Source: an uncultured delta proteobacterium (GTDB lineage Bacteria; Myxococcota; Myxococcia; Myxococcales; Myxococcaceae). From it: a stretch of DNA of 64,000 nt. Under the pieces are notes generated by a model that worked only from the letters and a program-made list of their open reading frames with translations, made no database searches and was not told the DNA's origin. The translations under genes and the position numbers were made by a program. The stretch spans positions 96,001 to 160,000 of the forward strand of contig CAVYSY010000032.1 of NCBI GenBank assembly GCA_963771175.1, written 5' to 3'. This document shows positions 40,095 to 51,922 of the stretch, one piece after another (within the stretch, counting starts at the first letter, position 1; the number at the start of each line of letters is the position of its first letter).

Positions 40095-41629
40095 TCAGGT
40101 GCGGATGGCGAGCGCCCGGGCCGCGACCTCGCGGTCGTCGAAGGCGATGCTTCTCGGCACCGACCTGCTGGTAGGTCTCGTGCCCCTTGCCGGCGATGAG
40201 CACCACGTCGTCCTCCTTGGCGAGCGCGATGGCCGTCTCGATGGCGGCCTTGCGGTCGCTCTCCACCAGGTAGCCGCTTCTCGCCGCTCTTGGCCTTGCC
40301 CGCGCTGATGCGGCGCAGGCCGCTCTTCTCCAGGCCCGGGGTCACCTGGGCGATGATCTCCTCCGGGTCCTCGTTGCGCGGGTTGTCGCTGGTCACCACC
40401 GCCAGGTCCGCGCCCTCGCCGGCCACCGCGCCCATCAGCGGACGCTTGCCCTCGTCGCGCTCGCCGCCGCAGCCGAACACCACGATGACGCGGCCCTTGG
40501 CCATGGCCCGCGCCGCCTCCAGCGCGCGCTTGAGGGCGTCGTCCGTGTGCGCGTAGTCCACCAGCACGGCGGGAGCCGCCCACCGGACCTGGTCTCCACG
40601 CGCTCCATGCGGCCGGGCACGCCCGCCATGCGCTCGATGCCGTCCTGCACGTCCTGCGCCGCGCGAAGCCCGCGCCCAGCGCGATGCCCGCCGCGGCGAG
40701 GATGTTCTCCAGGTTGTGCGGCCCGAGCAGCTGGCTCTTCACCGGGATGTCACCCGCGGGCGTCTTCAGCGCGCCCTTGATGCCCTGCAGGCGTGAAGGT
40801 CAGCGTCCGCGACGGAGATCTCCCCGTGCCCTGGCGGCTGAACTTCCACGCCATGCGCTTCTGGCCGCGCAGCTCGTTGTAGATGCGGCTCGCCGTAGGT
40901 GTCGTCGCCGTTGACCACCGCCACGCCGCCCTGGGAGCAGGTTCTCCACGAAGAGCTTGCGCTTGGCCTGGAAGTACTCCTCCAGGTCCTTGTGGTAGTC
41001 GAGGTGGTCGCGCGTCAGGTTGGTGAAGGCGGCCGCGCTGAAGGTGAGGCCGTGCACCCGCTCCTGCACCAGCGCGTGGCTGCACACCTCCATCACCACC
41101 GTCTCGATGCCCGCGTCCACCATCTCGCGGAGGATGCGGTGCAGCTCCAGCGGGTCCGGCGTGGTGTGCGGCGTCGTGGGGTGTGAACTGGCCGCCCAAG
41201 CGCTTGTAGCCCAGCGTGCCGATGACTCCCGTGGAGGCGTAGGCCGCGGTGGCCATCGCCTCGCAGCAGGTAGGTGGTGGTCGTCTTGCCGTTGGTGCCG
41301 GTGACCGCCCAGCAGCGTGAGCTGCTCGCGCCGGGCGGCCGTAGAAGTTGGCCGCGATGAGCGCCAGCGCCTTGCGGGCGTTGGACACCTTGAAGAAGGG
41401 CACCTGCGAGGCCGACCGGCTTCTCCGGCCACCACCGCCACCGCGCCGCGGCTGAACGGCCTCGCCCACGAACTGGGCGCCGTCCTCCTTCGTGCCCGGC
41501 ACGGCCACGAACAGGTCGCCCGGCTTCACCTTGCGCGAGTCCTGCGTCACCCCCGTCACGTCCACCGCGGTCCGGCCCACCCGAGGTCTGCTCGGCACCA
41601 CACCCTGCCAGGACATCCGTCAGCTTCAT
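40095..41629 (-). CDS. murE: MurE ligase (frameshifted)
   Basis: [57 protein letters not shown]. Confidence 0.95.
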
Positions 41630-41684
41630 CGTTTCCCCTTCAACATGCTTGCTGCAAGCGCGAGGCCGAGCTCCGAGTGCGGCC

Positions 41685-43730
41685 TCATTGCCGCGTTGCC
41701 AGCTCGAACGTCACCCGCGCACCCTTCTCCACCAGCGCACCGGCGGCGGGAGTCTGCGAGACCACGCGTCCACTACCCAACAGCTGAGGCTCCAAGGCCG
41801 AGGCGAGCAGCTTGCGTCACCGCCTCGCGCCCTGCCTGGCCGACGACATCCGGAACGCGGATGGAGCCCGGCTCCACGTTCTCGGGGAGCACTTCTATCC
41901 ACCATGGGCCGGACCGGCGTCCGCCTTCAGGAGGCAGGCTGCCGGCCCCTGGCCGCCACCGGCAGAGCGCGTGGCACGGCAGCGGCACCTCGCGCGAGGG
42001 CGGGACGGCCAGGTGCGCCATGGCGGCTGTGAGCGATTTCCTTGAAGGCAGGGGCGGCCACCAGCCCCCCGTACACGTCCGTCTTCGGCTCGTCCACCAC
42101 CACGAGGATGACCAGCGCGCGGCTCCTCGGCCGGCACCATGCCCACGAAGGAGGCGATGCGCTTGTCCGAGTACCCCCGCGCCACGGGGTCCGCCTTCTG
42201 CGCGGTGCCCGTCTTGCCGGCCACCCGGTAGTCCTCCATGGCGGCCTTGGGGGCGGTGCCCTCCTTGGTGACCACGCTCTCCAGCATCCGGAGACGACCT
42301 GGCGCGCCGTCTTGGGGCCGACCGACCTGGCGCACCTCGGTGGGCCGGTTCTCCAGCAGCACCACGCCGTCCGGGTCGACCACCTTGGAGACGAGGTAGG
42401 GGCGCATCAGCACGCCGTCGTTGGCCAGCGCGCCGTAGGCGGCGGCCATCTGCACCGCGGTGGCCGTCATCCCCTGGCCGAAGGACTGGGTGGCCAGCGA
42501 GATCTCCGCCTTGGGGAAGGGCATCGACGCCGCGGCCCTCGCCCGGCAGCGCCAGCCCGGTGCGCTCGCCGAAGCCGAAGGCGTGGTAGGCCTTCACCAG
42601 CCGCTCGCGCCCCAGCTGCTGGGCGATCTTCGGCCGCGCAGATGTTGCAGGAGACCTGCAGCACGCCCTGCGGGGTGAGCCAGCCGTACTGGTGGGTGTC
42701 GTGGATGGTGTGCCGCCCGATGCGCCACGCGCCGTTCTCGCAGAAGAAGGTGTCGTCGGGCTTGACGGGCCTCGTCCTCCAGCGCGGCGGCGACGACGAA
42801 GGCCTTCATCGTCGAGCCGGGCTCGAAGGTGTCGAGCGCGGCGCGGTTGCGGATGCTGGCCTCGGGCCTCCGTCTCCGGCGTGTTGGGGTTGAAGCGCGG
42901 GTCGTTGGCGAGGGCGAGGATCTCGCCCGTGCGTCGGGTCCAGCACCACCGCCATGCCCGCCACCGCCCTTGGCCTCGTCCACCGCGCGGGACAGCGCCT
43001 TCTCGGTGACGTACTGGAGGTGCCGGTCCAGGGTGAGGGTGACGGAGGCGCCCTGGCGCTCGATGGGGTCCGCGGTGCCGCCCTGGGACGAGCAGCTTGC
43101 GGCCCTTGGCGTCGCGCAGGCCGGACAGGCGCGAGTTCTGCCCGCTCAGCTCGTCGTCGAAGGCCAGCTCCAGGCCCTCCAGCCCGTGGCCGTCGAGGCC
43201 CACCATGCCCACCACGTGCGCGCCCAGCTCGCGCTGCGGGTAGAAGCGCTTGGGCTCCTTGGTGAAGCCGATGCCCGGCAGCCCGAGCGCCTTCACCGCC
43301 TCCACCTCGCGCGGGCGTCACCTGGCGCTTCACCCAGGCGAAGCGCTTCGCGCGCGCGCGAGCCGCGCCGTGCAGCGTCCTCCGGGTCCAGCTTCAGCGC
43401 CTTGGCCAGCGCGCGCGCGGCCTGCTTCACGTCCGGCAGCATGGAGGGGTCCACCCAGACGGAGTCCACCTCCACGCTCTGCGCGAGCGGCGCGCCGCGC
43501 CGGTCGAAGATGTCACCGCGGCGGGCGGGGATCTCGATCTGCCGGACGTACTGGTCCTGCGCGAGCCCGCGCAGCTTGCTCGCGCTCGAACACCTGCAGC
43601 ATCACCGCGCGCCCAAGCGCCACGGCCAGCAGCAGGGCCAGGAAGAGCGCCGGCCAGCAGCCGCACCCGCAGCCGCAGCCAGCGCCCCGCTGGGGGGCTC
43701 CGGCGCCCGCGCCGTCTTGAAGTCCCTCAC
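41685..43730 (-). CDS. ftsI: Division PBP FtsI/PBP3 with C-terminal PASTA-like segment (many frameshifts)
   Basis: RFYPQRELGAHVVG, GLEGLE, FEPGSTMK, SFGQG, VAGKTGTAQK, RVPDVVG. Confidence 0.92.
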
Positions 43731-43740
43731 CGAAGAGCCC

Positions 43741-44175
43741 TCAGCGCGACCCGGTGCGCTCCGCCACCGCACGCCGCGCGCGTCGCGGGCCTCCACGCGA
43801 GCGGTGCGCTTGTTGCCCGGCAGGCTCCGGCGCCAGGGCGACGCGCGCCGGCCCGCGGGCAGCGCCATGCCCAGCTTCTCGCGCGCCAGCTTCTCCAGCC
43901 GCGCCGGGGTCTTGAGCGTGGCGAGCTCCAGCTTCAGCCGGTCGTTCTCGCGGTGCAGGGCGCGGCTCTCGGCCTCGGCGCTTGGAGAGCCGGTAGCCCG
44001 CGTCCACCACCAGCACGCGGCCGGTCACGTGGACGATGCCCACCGCCGCGAACGAGGGCGAAGAGGGCCACGGCGGGCAGCAGGTGCAGCAGCACGCCGG
44101 CCACGGACACGCTCCACGTGCCCGCGTGCGGAAGCGCTGCCGTGCGAGCGCTCTCCGGCTTGACCGCGTGCTCAT
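43741..44175 (-). CDS. ftsL: Cell division protein FtsL (frameshifted)
   Basis: TM followed by coiled coil ending in [13 protein letters not shown]; lies between rsmH and ftsI. Confidence 0.75.
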   Translation of the reverse strand: MSTRSSRRALARQRFRTRARGACPWPACCCTCCPPWPSSPSFAAVGIVHVTGRVLVVDAGYRLSKRRGREPRPAPRERPAEAGARHAQDPGAAGEAGAREAGHGAARGPARVALAPEPAGQQAHRSRGGPRRARRAVAERTGSR

Positions 44176-45110
44176 CGGATCCGCTCCACCGCGCGCAGGT
44201 GCGCGCTGCGGGCACCGGGGGTTGGCGTCGAAGCTTCCTCGTCCGAGGCGGCGAGCGCCTTGCGCGTGACCAGCGGCGAAGTCCCCCTGCCGTCGCCGCA
44301 GGCGCACACCGGCAGCCCGGGCGGGCAGGTGCACGGCGCCCACCAGCGCGCGGAAGGCCTCCTTCACCCGCCGGTCCTCGAGCGAGTGGAAGGAGATGAC
44401 GGCGGCGCGCCCGCCCACCTTCAGCAGCGTGGGCAGCGCGGCGAGCAGCGCGTCCAGCGCCTCCAGCTCGCCGTTCACCGCCATGCGCAGCGCCTGGAAG
44501 GTGCTTGGTGGCCACGTGGATCTTCTTGGGCCAGGCCTGCGCGGCACCGCGCGCTTGACGACCTCGGCCGCCTCCAGGGTGCGCGTGGGCGGGGCGCGCT
44601 TGAGCTCGCGGGCGATGCGCCCGGCGAAGGGCTCCTCGCCGTACTCGCGGAGGATGCGGCGCGAGCTCCGCCTCGTCCTCGTCCGCGATGAGCTCGGCGG
44701 CGGTGCGGCCCGCTGTCCCCCATGCGCATGTCCAGCGGCCCGTCGCTCTGGAAGGAGAAGCCGCGCTCGGCCACGTCGAGCTGGGGCGAGGACACGCCCA
44801 GGTCCACCAGCACGCCGTCCACCGGCAGCACGTCCGAGGCCAGCTCGAGCAGGTCGCCGAAGTTGCCCTGGCGGGCGCTGAAGCGCGGGAAGCCGGCGAG
44901 CCGGGCGCGCGCGCGGCCTGCGAGCGCCACGCGGGTCGCGGTCCACGCCGATGACCGTCGCACCCCGGGCGCAGCAGCGCCTCGCGTGTGGCCGCCGCCG
45001 CCCAGCGTGCCGTCGACGATCACCGTCCCCGCTCCCGGTCGAAGCACGTCCACCGCCTCCTTCAGGAGGACGGTCTGGTGGCTGAAGTCAGCCAAGGGGC
45101 GCTCCGGCAT
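44172..45110 (-). CDS. rsmH: 16S rRNA m4C methyltransferase RsmH (frameshifted)
   Basis: [57 protein letters not shown]. Confidence 0.95.
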
Positions 45111-45492
45111 CAGACGAAGGGAGCGCGCGCGAGCGCGAAGGCGGCCCGCGCGTCGTTCAGTGCGGGTAGAACTCGAAGACGTCGTGGGCGCCCGCGGCCC
45201 GGAAGATGGCGGACAGGTAGGGCGACAGGCCCGGACAGCTTCACGTCGCCACCGGCGCGCGGCAAGGCCTCGACGCGCGCCATCAGCGGCTTCACGCCGC
45301 GGTAGTCCAGGTGGCTCACCTCGCTGAAGTCGAGCACCACGTTGCGCGCGCCCCGCTGCATGCGGCGCACGAGCTCCTCGCCCAGCTCGGTGCAGCTCCT
45401 GCTCCGGACAGCTCCCCCTCGAGCAGCAGGGTCTCCACGCGCTCCACTCGATGCGCGCCGCGACTGCCCTGTGACTCAGCTATCTGGTTCAT
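45110..45492 (-). CDS. STAS-domain (anti-sigma factor antagonist-like) protein (frameshifted)
   Basis: [21 protein letters not shown]...GGDVKLSG. Confidence 0.8.
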
Positions 45493-45556
45493 GTCGCCAC
45501 CTTCCCGGCTTTCGCTGCTTCGCGTCCAAAATTCAGCTACAGCGAGCTGCAGCCAG

Positions 45557-46011
45557 CTACAGCGATGCGCAGCTCGGTGAGCACCCGCATGACGTCCGCC
45601 TGGTCGGCTTCGCTGCGGGCCTCCTCCTGCGCCTTCGCCCAGCCTTCGCGAGCTCCACAGCTCGATGACCTTCACCATCCCCGCCCACACCAGGTCCTTC
45701 TCCAGCCCCGCGTGGGCGCGCAGCGACGGCGGAATCAGCACGCGCCCCAGCTTGTCCAGCGGGCACTCCTGGGCGCTGGCCACGTACAGGCGCATCAGCG
45801 TCTTCACCCCCGGCTCCATCGGGTTGCGCTTGGCCAGCGCGGCCTCCAGCGCCTCCCACTCGCGCACCGGGTAGGCGTGGAGGCAGGGGTCCAGCGCCGT
45901 GGTGATGATGAGCCGCTCGTCGTAGGCGCCCACGAGCGTCTCGCGCAGCCGGGCCGGGAGGCTGGTGCGCCCCTTCGCGTCGATCTGGTGCTCGTAGACG
46001 CCTCGGAACAC
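45557..46011 (-). CDS. mraZ: Transcriptional regulator MraZ (3' end approximate)
   Basis: [38 protein letters not shown]. Confidence 0.95.
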
Positions 46012-46042
46012 GCGGAGAGATCCACCCTGTCAGCCCAGCCGA

Positions 46043-46078
46043 TCCACATTACGCCACCCCTTCCCACTCCGATCCACT
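46043..46078 (-). promoter_or_regulatory. MraZ-binding direct repeats (dcw boxes)
   Basis: GTGG on the minus strand at exact 10-bp spacing (ccac at 46044, 46054, 46064, 46074). Confidence 0.8.
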
Positions 46079-46088
46079 TGGGCGGCGG

Positions 46089-46117
46089 AAAATACGCGTG
46101 GCCCCCTACCCGGTCAA
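46089..46117 (-). promoter_or_regulatory. sigma70-type promoter of the dcw operon
   Basis: TTGACC-N17-TATTTT directly upstream of the GTGG array. Confidence 0.65.
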
Positions 46118-46354
46118 GAAATGCAACAGGTCCGTACAGACCCGTGTCTCCGGGGGGATGGGGGCGGGGGGGGTGGGTGGTGGGAAGAAGTGGAGGGGAG
46201 CGAACGGATTGACCCCGGCGGAAGGCCCCTGCATTACTGCCGCCGCTGAGCGCTCCCGCGGGGGCCGCTCTCGCCTCGTGTCCTGGCCGGGGGTGCGAGG
46301 GACTTCATCCGGACGAGCCCTCGGGCCGTCCTCAAGCAAGGAAGAGATACACGC

Positions 46355-46966
46355 ATGACGCGCTTCACTCGTCTCACGATGCTCTCGGCGATGGCGGCGG
46401 GCCTGGTGGCCTGCGGCGGCGGTGCGAAGCTGGGCGGTGGCAAGGACGGCGCCGCGCAGGCCGCGTTCCAGGCCTCGCAGCCGGCGGGCCGTGGTGGGAA
46501 GACCTCGCAGCAGCTCCTGGACAAGGCGCTGGCCAGCGGGGCCGCCAGCATCTCCGTCTCCGCCAACTGCGCCAACGGCGGCAGCGCGAGCCTGACGCTG
46601 GACGCGACCAACATCGGCCAGAACGGCGAGCTCAACTACTCCGTCACCTACGACGACTGCAACGAGGACGGAAAGAACGAGTACAACGGCACGATGGCGA
46701 TGTCGCTCAAGTTCACCACGGACATCAGCAACGGCACCGTCTCCGCCTCGCTCATCACCGGGATGAAGGGCAAGCTGACCATCGAGGGCGAGGTCTCCGA
46801 CTACATCGACGCGAACGTGAAGCTGTCGATGGACGTCAGCGCCACCTCGACCCATACGGGCAGCGTGAAGCTGGTGCTCGACGGCACCATCAAGACCAGC
46901 GAGGGCAGCTACGTCTACACCGGCGAGACCCTCAACATCACCGCCGGCGTGCTGCCGGAGGCCTAG
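46355..46966 (+). CDS. Lipoprotein, beta-rich, unknown function
   Basis: Lipobox GLVAC. Confidence 0.8.
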   Translation: MTRFTRLTMLSAMAAGLVACGGGAKLGGGKDGAAQAAFQASQPAGRGGKTSQQLLDKALASGAASISVSANCANGGSASLTLDATNIGQNGELNYSVTYDDCNEDGKNEYNGTMAMSLKFTTDISNGTVSASLITGMKGKLTIEGEVSDYIDANVKLSMDVSATSTHTGSVKLVLDGTIKTSEGSYVYTGETLNITAGVLPEA

Positions 46967-47077
46967 TCGCCTCCTGAGCACAGCGGCACCCGAGGCCGGG
47001 TCTTCCGATTTGGAGGCCCGGCCTTCTTCATGCCTTATGATCCACCCATCCATGCACCCAGCCAGGGAACAGCAGCC

Positions 47078-47800
47078 ATGAGCCAGACCGCGACCCAGAA
47101 GGCCCCCGCAGAGGTTCGCCTCAAGGTGACCTACAAGAAACCGGAAGCGCTGCTGAGCGAGTACACGCGCAGCGTCGGCCAGGGAGGCGTGACGCTGCAG
47201 GTGCAGAAGAGTCTGCCCATCGGCACGCGCTTCGTTTTCGAGATGCACAACCCCGGGGTGGCCTCACCGGTGGAGGTGCTGGGCGAGGTGGTGCGGGTGA
47301 CACCGCAGCCGGATGGGCGCTACATGATCACCGTGAAGTACGACCCGGGCATGGACCGAGGCGGACTGGACGCGGTGCTGCAGCGCATCTTCGACCTGCA
47401 GGAGTTCGAGAAGCTGCGCCGCTACCCGCGCATTCCGCTGCGCCTGCCGGCGATGGAGGAGGAGACGCCCTTCGCGCCGCCCTTCTTCGTGAAGGACCTG
47501 TCGCGCGGTGGCGTGGGGCTGGAGGTGGAGGCCCCGACACTGCCCCAGTCGGTGAAGGTGGGCATGCCCTTCCTGCTGGAGATGGACCTGACGCTGGGAA
47601 CGCTCATGCTGCACGGCGAGGTGGCGTGGACGTCCGCGGGTGGGCCGGAGGTGCTGCCCACCTTTGGCGTCAACTTCGGCACGTTGAGCCGGGACACCCA
47701 CGAGCGACTCGAGAAGCTGCTCTCCCTCGAGTCCCTCCCGCCGCCGCCCTGGCGGGCCCGCGTCTGCTTCGGCGTGGACGCGGTCATGAAGATGCCGTGA
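47078..47800 (+). CDS. Double PilZ-type protein (myxobacterial TIGR02266-like N-terminal domain + PilZ)
   Basis: YTRSVGQGG..LPIGTRF; RRYPR...DLSRGG c-di-GMP-binding motifs. Confidence 0.8.
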   Translation: MSQTATQKAPAEVRLKVTYKKPEALLSEYTRSVGQGGVTLQVQKSLPIGTRFVFEMHNPGVASPVEVLGEVVRVTPQPDGRYMITVKYDPGMDRGGLDAVLQRIFDLQEFEKLRRYPRIPLRLPAMEEETPFAPPFFVKDLSRGGVGLEVEAPTLPQSVKVGMPFLLEMDLTLGTLMLHGEVAWTSAGGPEVLPTFGVNFGTLSRDTHERLEKLLSLESLPPPPWRARVCFGVDAVMKMP

Positions 47801-47803
47801 GCG

Positions 47804-49610
47804 CTACACCACGGCCAGCGGGTAGCCGCTGGCCTGCTCCACCGCCTTGAGAATCGTCTCGCGCAGTTCCACCGGGTCGTACGGCGTGAAGAGCTCCAGC
47901 CGAGCCATCTTGGCGAGGTGCTCCGTGAGCGCATCCCCCTTCACGGTGGCGCACAGCGCGCGCCGGGCCCGTTCGTAGGAGCGAGCATTGGCCTCGGTGG
48001 CGTACTGCCGCGTCATCGCCACCCGCGCCGCGTCGAGCTTCCCATCCGCCGCCGCCTGGCGCGTGCGCGTCACCATGGAGTCCAGCGCGTACGCGTCCAT
48101 CACCACGTCCGCCACCGCGGCCAGCACCTCCTGGTGCTGCTCGAGCTCCGGGCCGAACGTCTCCGCCGCCACCTTGAGCGTGTAGATGGCCAGCCGCTTG
48201 AGGCTCTCGGCCGCGTGCTCCTCCGCGGCCAGCTCGTCCTCCACTCGCGCCTTCGGCAGCAGCCCGTTCGCCAGGTCCTCCTCCACCGCCTGCGCCACCT
48301 CGAAGAGCGGCAGCGCGCCCTTCATCGTGCGCTTGAGCAGCATGCCCGCGATGAGCATGCGGTTGATCTCGTTGGTGCCCTCGAAGATGCGGTTGATGCG
48401 CGCATCGCGGTAGGCACGCTCCACCGGGTACTCCTCGATGTAGCCCGCACCGCCGTGGATCTGCACCGCGTCGTCCACCAGGTACCCGAGCGCCTCCGAG
48501 CCGTACACCTTCATGATGGAGGACTCGATGGCGTACTCCTCGATGGCGGCGATGAGGCGCGCGTCGTAGTCCGCGGCCGTCTTGTCCGCCCCGGCCAGTC
48601 GCCGCGTCCACCAGACCCGCCGTGCGGTAGGTCATGCTCTCCACCGCGTAGACGAGCGTGGTCATCCGCGCGAGCTTCTCGCGGGTGAGCGGGAACCGGG
48701 CGATGGGCGTCTTGAACTGCTTGCGCTCCTGCGCGAAGAGCAGCGCGTTGCGGAGCTGCAGCTTCATGGAGCCGAGCACGCCCGCGCCCAGCTTGAGCCG
48801 GCCGTAGTTGAGGATGTTGAAGGCGATCTTGTGCCCCTTGCCCACCTCGCCGAGCAGGTTCTCCCGGGGGATGCGCGCGTCCTCGAAGTAGAGCGGGCAG
48901 GTGGACGAGCCACGGATGCCCATCTTGTGCTCCTCGGGCCCCACGGTGAACCCGGGCGTGCCGCGCTCGACGATGAAGCCGGTGAACTTGTCGCCGTCCA
49001 CCTTGGCGAACACGACGAACACGTCCGCGAAGGCCGCGTTGGTGATGTAGAGCTTGGAGCCGTTGAGGAGCCACTCCTTGCCGTCCGGAGACAGCACGGC
49101 CTTCGTCTTGGCCCCCAGCGCGTCCGAGCCACTGCCCTGCTCGGTGAGGGCGTAGGCCGCGACGAGCTCGCCGGTGGCCAGCTTCGGTAGGTACTTCTGC
49201 TTCTGGGCGTCGTTGCCGAACCACACGATGGGCAGCGTGCCGATGCCCGTGTGCGCGCCGAAGGTCACGGACCAGGAGCCCAGCTGGCTCATGGCCTCGG
49301 CGATGAGCAGCGAGGTCGTCTTGTCCAGCCCGAGGCCCCCGTAGGCCTCGGGGATGTCGACCATCAGCAGGCCGAGCTCGCCGGCGCGGCGCAGCAGGTC
49401 GCGCAGCAGCGCGTTGTCCTTGGCCTCGATCTTATCGGCCCGCGGGAGGACCTGCTCCTCGGAGAACTGGAGCGCCGTCTTCAGGTAGAGACGCTGCTCC
49501 TCGGTGAACAGCTCGGGCGTGATGATGCGGACCTGGCCCACGTCGTTGAAGAGGAAGGCGCCACCGACGGGAACTTCGCCAGAGCGGGCCTGTTCGAGCA
49601 CTGCGGCCAT
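47804..49610 (-). CDS. Acyl-CoA dehydrogenase (frameshift near 48595)
   Basis: YALTEQGSGSDA, LNGSKLYITN, EHKMGIRGSSTC, QIHGGAGY, RIFEGTNEI. Confidence 0.95.
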
Positions 49611-49761
49611 TCGAAATCCTCCAGGAGTCCGTGTCCCCGCTTGGGAGGCAGTTGTGCAACCGCATCCATCAAGGTATGGCGCGGTGCATCAGGGCGGTAG
49701 TAGCGAGAGGCCCGCCCCTTCTCAACCGAGGTTGACTCGGACTCGCGGAGGACGTGACGCC

Positions 49762-50103
49762 ATGAAGCTGTGCTGGAACGTACTGGGAGCAGTGGTGCTG
49801 GCGTTGGGACTCGTGGGCTGCGGCGCGACGGTAGGCGATGCCTGCACCACGGACGGCGACTGCGGAGACACGGGCATCTGCATCAACCGGGACTACACGC
49901 CGGGAGGCTACTGCTCGCAGGCCTGTGTGCCCGGCAAGGACGATACCTGTCCCTCGGGCAGCACCTGTGTGAGCGAGGGTGCCTCCAATGACGTGTCCGC
50001 CTGCTTCCGGAGGTGCTCGAGCGCCGCGGACTGCCGCCAGGGCTACCTGTGTATCGGTGACTTCAAGGGCAACCCCGCCGCCGTCTGCGTCGCCGAGAAC
50101 TGA
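49762..50103 (+). CDS. Small Cys-rich lipoprotein
   Basis: RBS GGAGG; lipobox LVGC; many Cys (PGGYCS..C, C..DCRQGYLC). Confidence 0.8.
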   Translation: MKLCWNVLGAVVLALGLVGCGATVGDACTTDGDCGDTGICINRDYTPGGYCSQACVPGKDDTCPSGSTCVSEGASNDVSACFRRCSSAADCRQGYLCIGDFKGNPAAVCVAEN

Positions 50104-50113
50104 GGCCCCTGCC

Positions 50114-50932
50114 CTACTGTCCCGCTGACACCCCGGCCACGGGAGCCCGGGGCGTCGGGTAGACGAAGCACAGCGTCTCGAAGAGGGGCTCGCCGGGCGC
50201 CACGTACACACCGCTGAGCGCCCGCGCGGCCTGGGCCAGCTCCGTGCCGAAGGACGGCACGAGGCAGAGGTCCTCGGACGTGGTGAAGCGCCCCTTCAGC
50301 TTCCCGAGCCCCTTGCGCAGCGTGGCGATGTCCTGCTTCCCCCCGCGCACGGGGATGGAGGGGCCGTTCGCATCGGGACCGGGGAGCTTGCCCACGCTGG
50401 TGGTGAGCTCGAAGCCGTCCTGCCGCTGGATGATGCGCAGCTTGCCGGGAGCGACCTCGGCGAGCCACGCCTGGAAGCCCTGCTCGTCCCGGAGCACCAG
50501 CGCGTAGGCGACCGGGGCGTCCGGGTGCAGCAGCCACACCTCGCGGGCGGAGTCGCGCAGGGTGGCGAACAGCTCGGACGTCTGCGCGAGGAAGGTGTCC
50601 GCGTCGGGCACGAGCAGCACCCCCTGCTCCTTCACGCGCTCGCGCAGCCGGGCCTGGTCCTCGGGCCGCGAGGGCACGAACCGCTCCCCGCCGAGCCGCA
50701 CGGCCTCTCCCGCCAGTTCCACCCGCATCGCCTTCTCGGGCACGGGCTCGCCGTACACCTCGGCCGGAGCCACCTGGAAGAGCGCGTCACGCCCGGCGCC
50801 TCCCGCCTCCGCGACGACCTTCGGCAGCGGTGGAGGAGAGAGCGAGGTGAGCGGCTCGGCCGGCTTCTCCTCCTTGCAACCCAGGAGTTGCAGCGCGACC
50901 CCGGCCACGAACAGCACCTGCTTCAGACTCAT
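50114..50932 (-). CDS. Putative lipoprotein
   Basis: LLGC lipobox; ATGA overlap with the upstream gene. Confidence 0.7.
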   Translation of the reverse strand: MSLKQVLFVAGVALQLLGCKEEKPAEPLTSLSPPPLPKVVAEAGGAGRDALFQVAPAEVYGEPVPEKAMRVELAGEAVRLGGERFVPSRPEDQARLRERVKEQGVLLVPDADTFLAQTSELFATLRDSAREVWLLHPDAPVAYALVLRDEQGFQAWLAEVAPGKLRIIQRQDGFELTTSVGKLPGPDANGPSIPVRGGKQDIATLRKGLGKLKGRFTTSEDLCLVPSFGTELAQAARALSGVYVAPGEPLFETLCFVYPTPRAPVAGVSAGQ

Positions 50933-51922
50933 GGCGTCCCCTGCTCCGCCCGCGGCACCGCCGGAGGAAACGCGGTGGAGATGCACGCGCGCCGGGCCAG
51001 TCCCGCCTGCGCGGCGTGCTCGGCGGCGGTGCTCGCGTCCTTGAAGAGGAACATGTCCTTGAAGCGGGCGGCGTCCTGGGTGTTGCCGGCGTCGCGGATG
51101 TAGATGGCGCGCACGCGGCCGGGGAACTCTTCTCGGATTTGCGCGTAGACCTCCGGGTCCTTCTCGCCCGAGTCGCCCACGAGCACCACCGGATGGGGGA
51201 AGCGCTGCAGCAGGCTCCGGATGAGGGGCTGCTTGTAGTCGGAGAGCGTGTTCGGCCCGAGGTCGCGCAGGTAGAGACCAAATCCCGCCGGGGAAGCCGT
51301 GGCGGGCGAGGAAGTCGCCCACCCGGGGCCCGAACTGGACGGGCGAGCCGCTCACCAGCGCGAAGGCGGGCACCGCCCCCGAGTCCGCGCCGAGGCACCC
51401 GTAGAAGCTCGCCATGCCGGGGACGACCTTCTGGGTGTCCGCATCGCGCAGCAGCGCGTTCGTCACCAGCTTGTCCGGCTGCGTCACCTCGGAGATGGCC
51501 ACGGTGTCGTCGAAGTCGGAGACGACGAGGAAGGGCGCGGCGTCCGCGATGACCTCCACCCGGGCGCTGGCGGACGTGTCGGCCACGCGCGCCTGGGCCT
51601 GGTGCCCGCCCACGGGGAACGGACGACCCGGCGGCGGCTGGAAGGTGACCTGGAAGTCGCCGTCCTCGCCGCTGGTGACCGTGGCCGAGACCCCCAGGAA
51701 GGACACCTCCACCTTGGCCCCCTTCTGATTCCGGATCGCCAGGCGCCGCAGGTTGCGGGAGAGCGCGGTGCTGCCATGCGGGGCCTCGGCGAGGACGCGG
51801 CCCTGGAGGGTGATGCTGTCGGGGCGACCGAGCGCCGGAGAGAGCAACACCCCGGGACCGGCGAGCGCCGTGGCGGAGGCAAGTGCGACGACGAGCGCGG
51901 CGAGACGGGAAGGAGCATTCAC
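50929..51922 (-). CDS. App1-family (DUF2183) phosphatidate phosphatase (frameshift near 51280)
   Basis: Signal peptide; VVSDFDDT (DxDxT), VSGSP, LVGDSGEKDPEVY, AIYIR. Confidence 0.85.

Noticed and set aside
28178..45000. Numerous long plus-strand ORFs over the dcw cluster
   Set aside because: Antisense shadows typical of high-GC coding DNA.
50114..51922. 602-aa App1-lipoprotein fusion ORF
   Set aside because: A frameshift near 51280 joins two genes; the true App1 C-terminus is in ORF 50929-51189.
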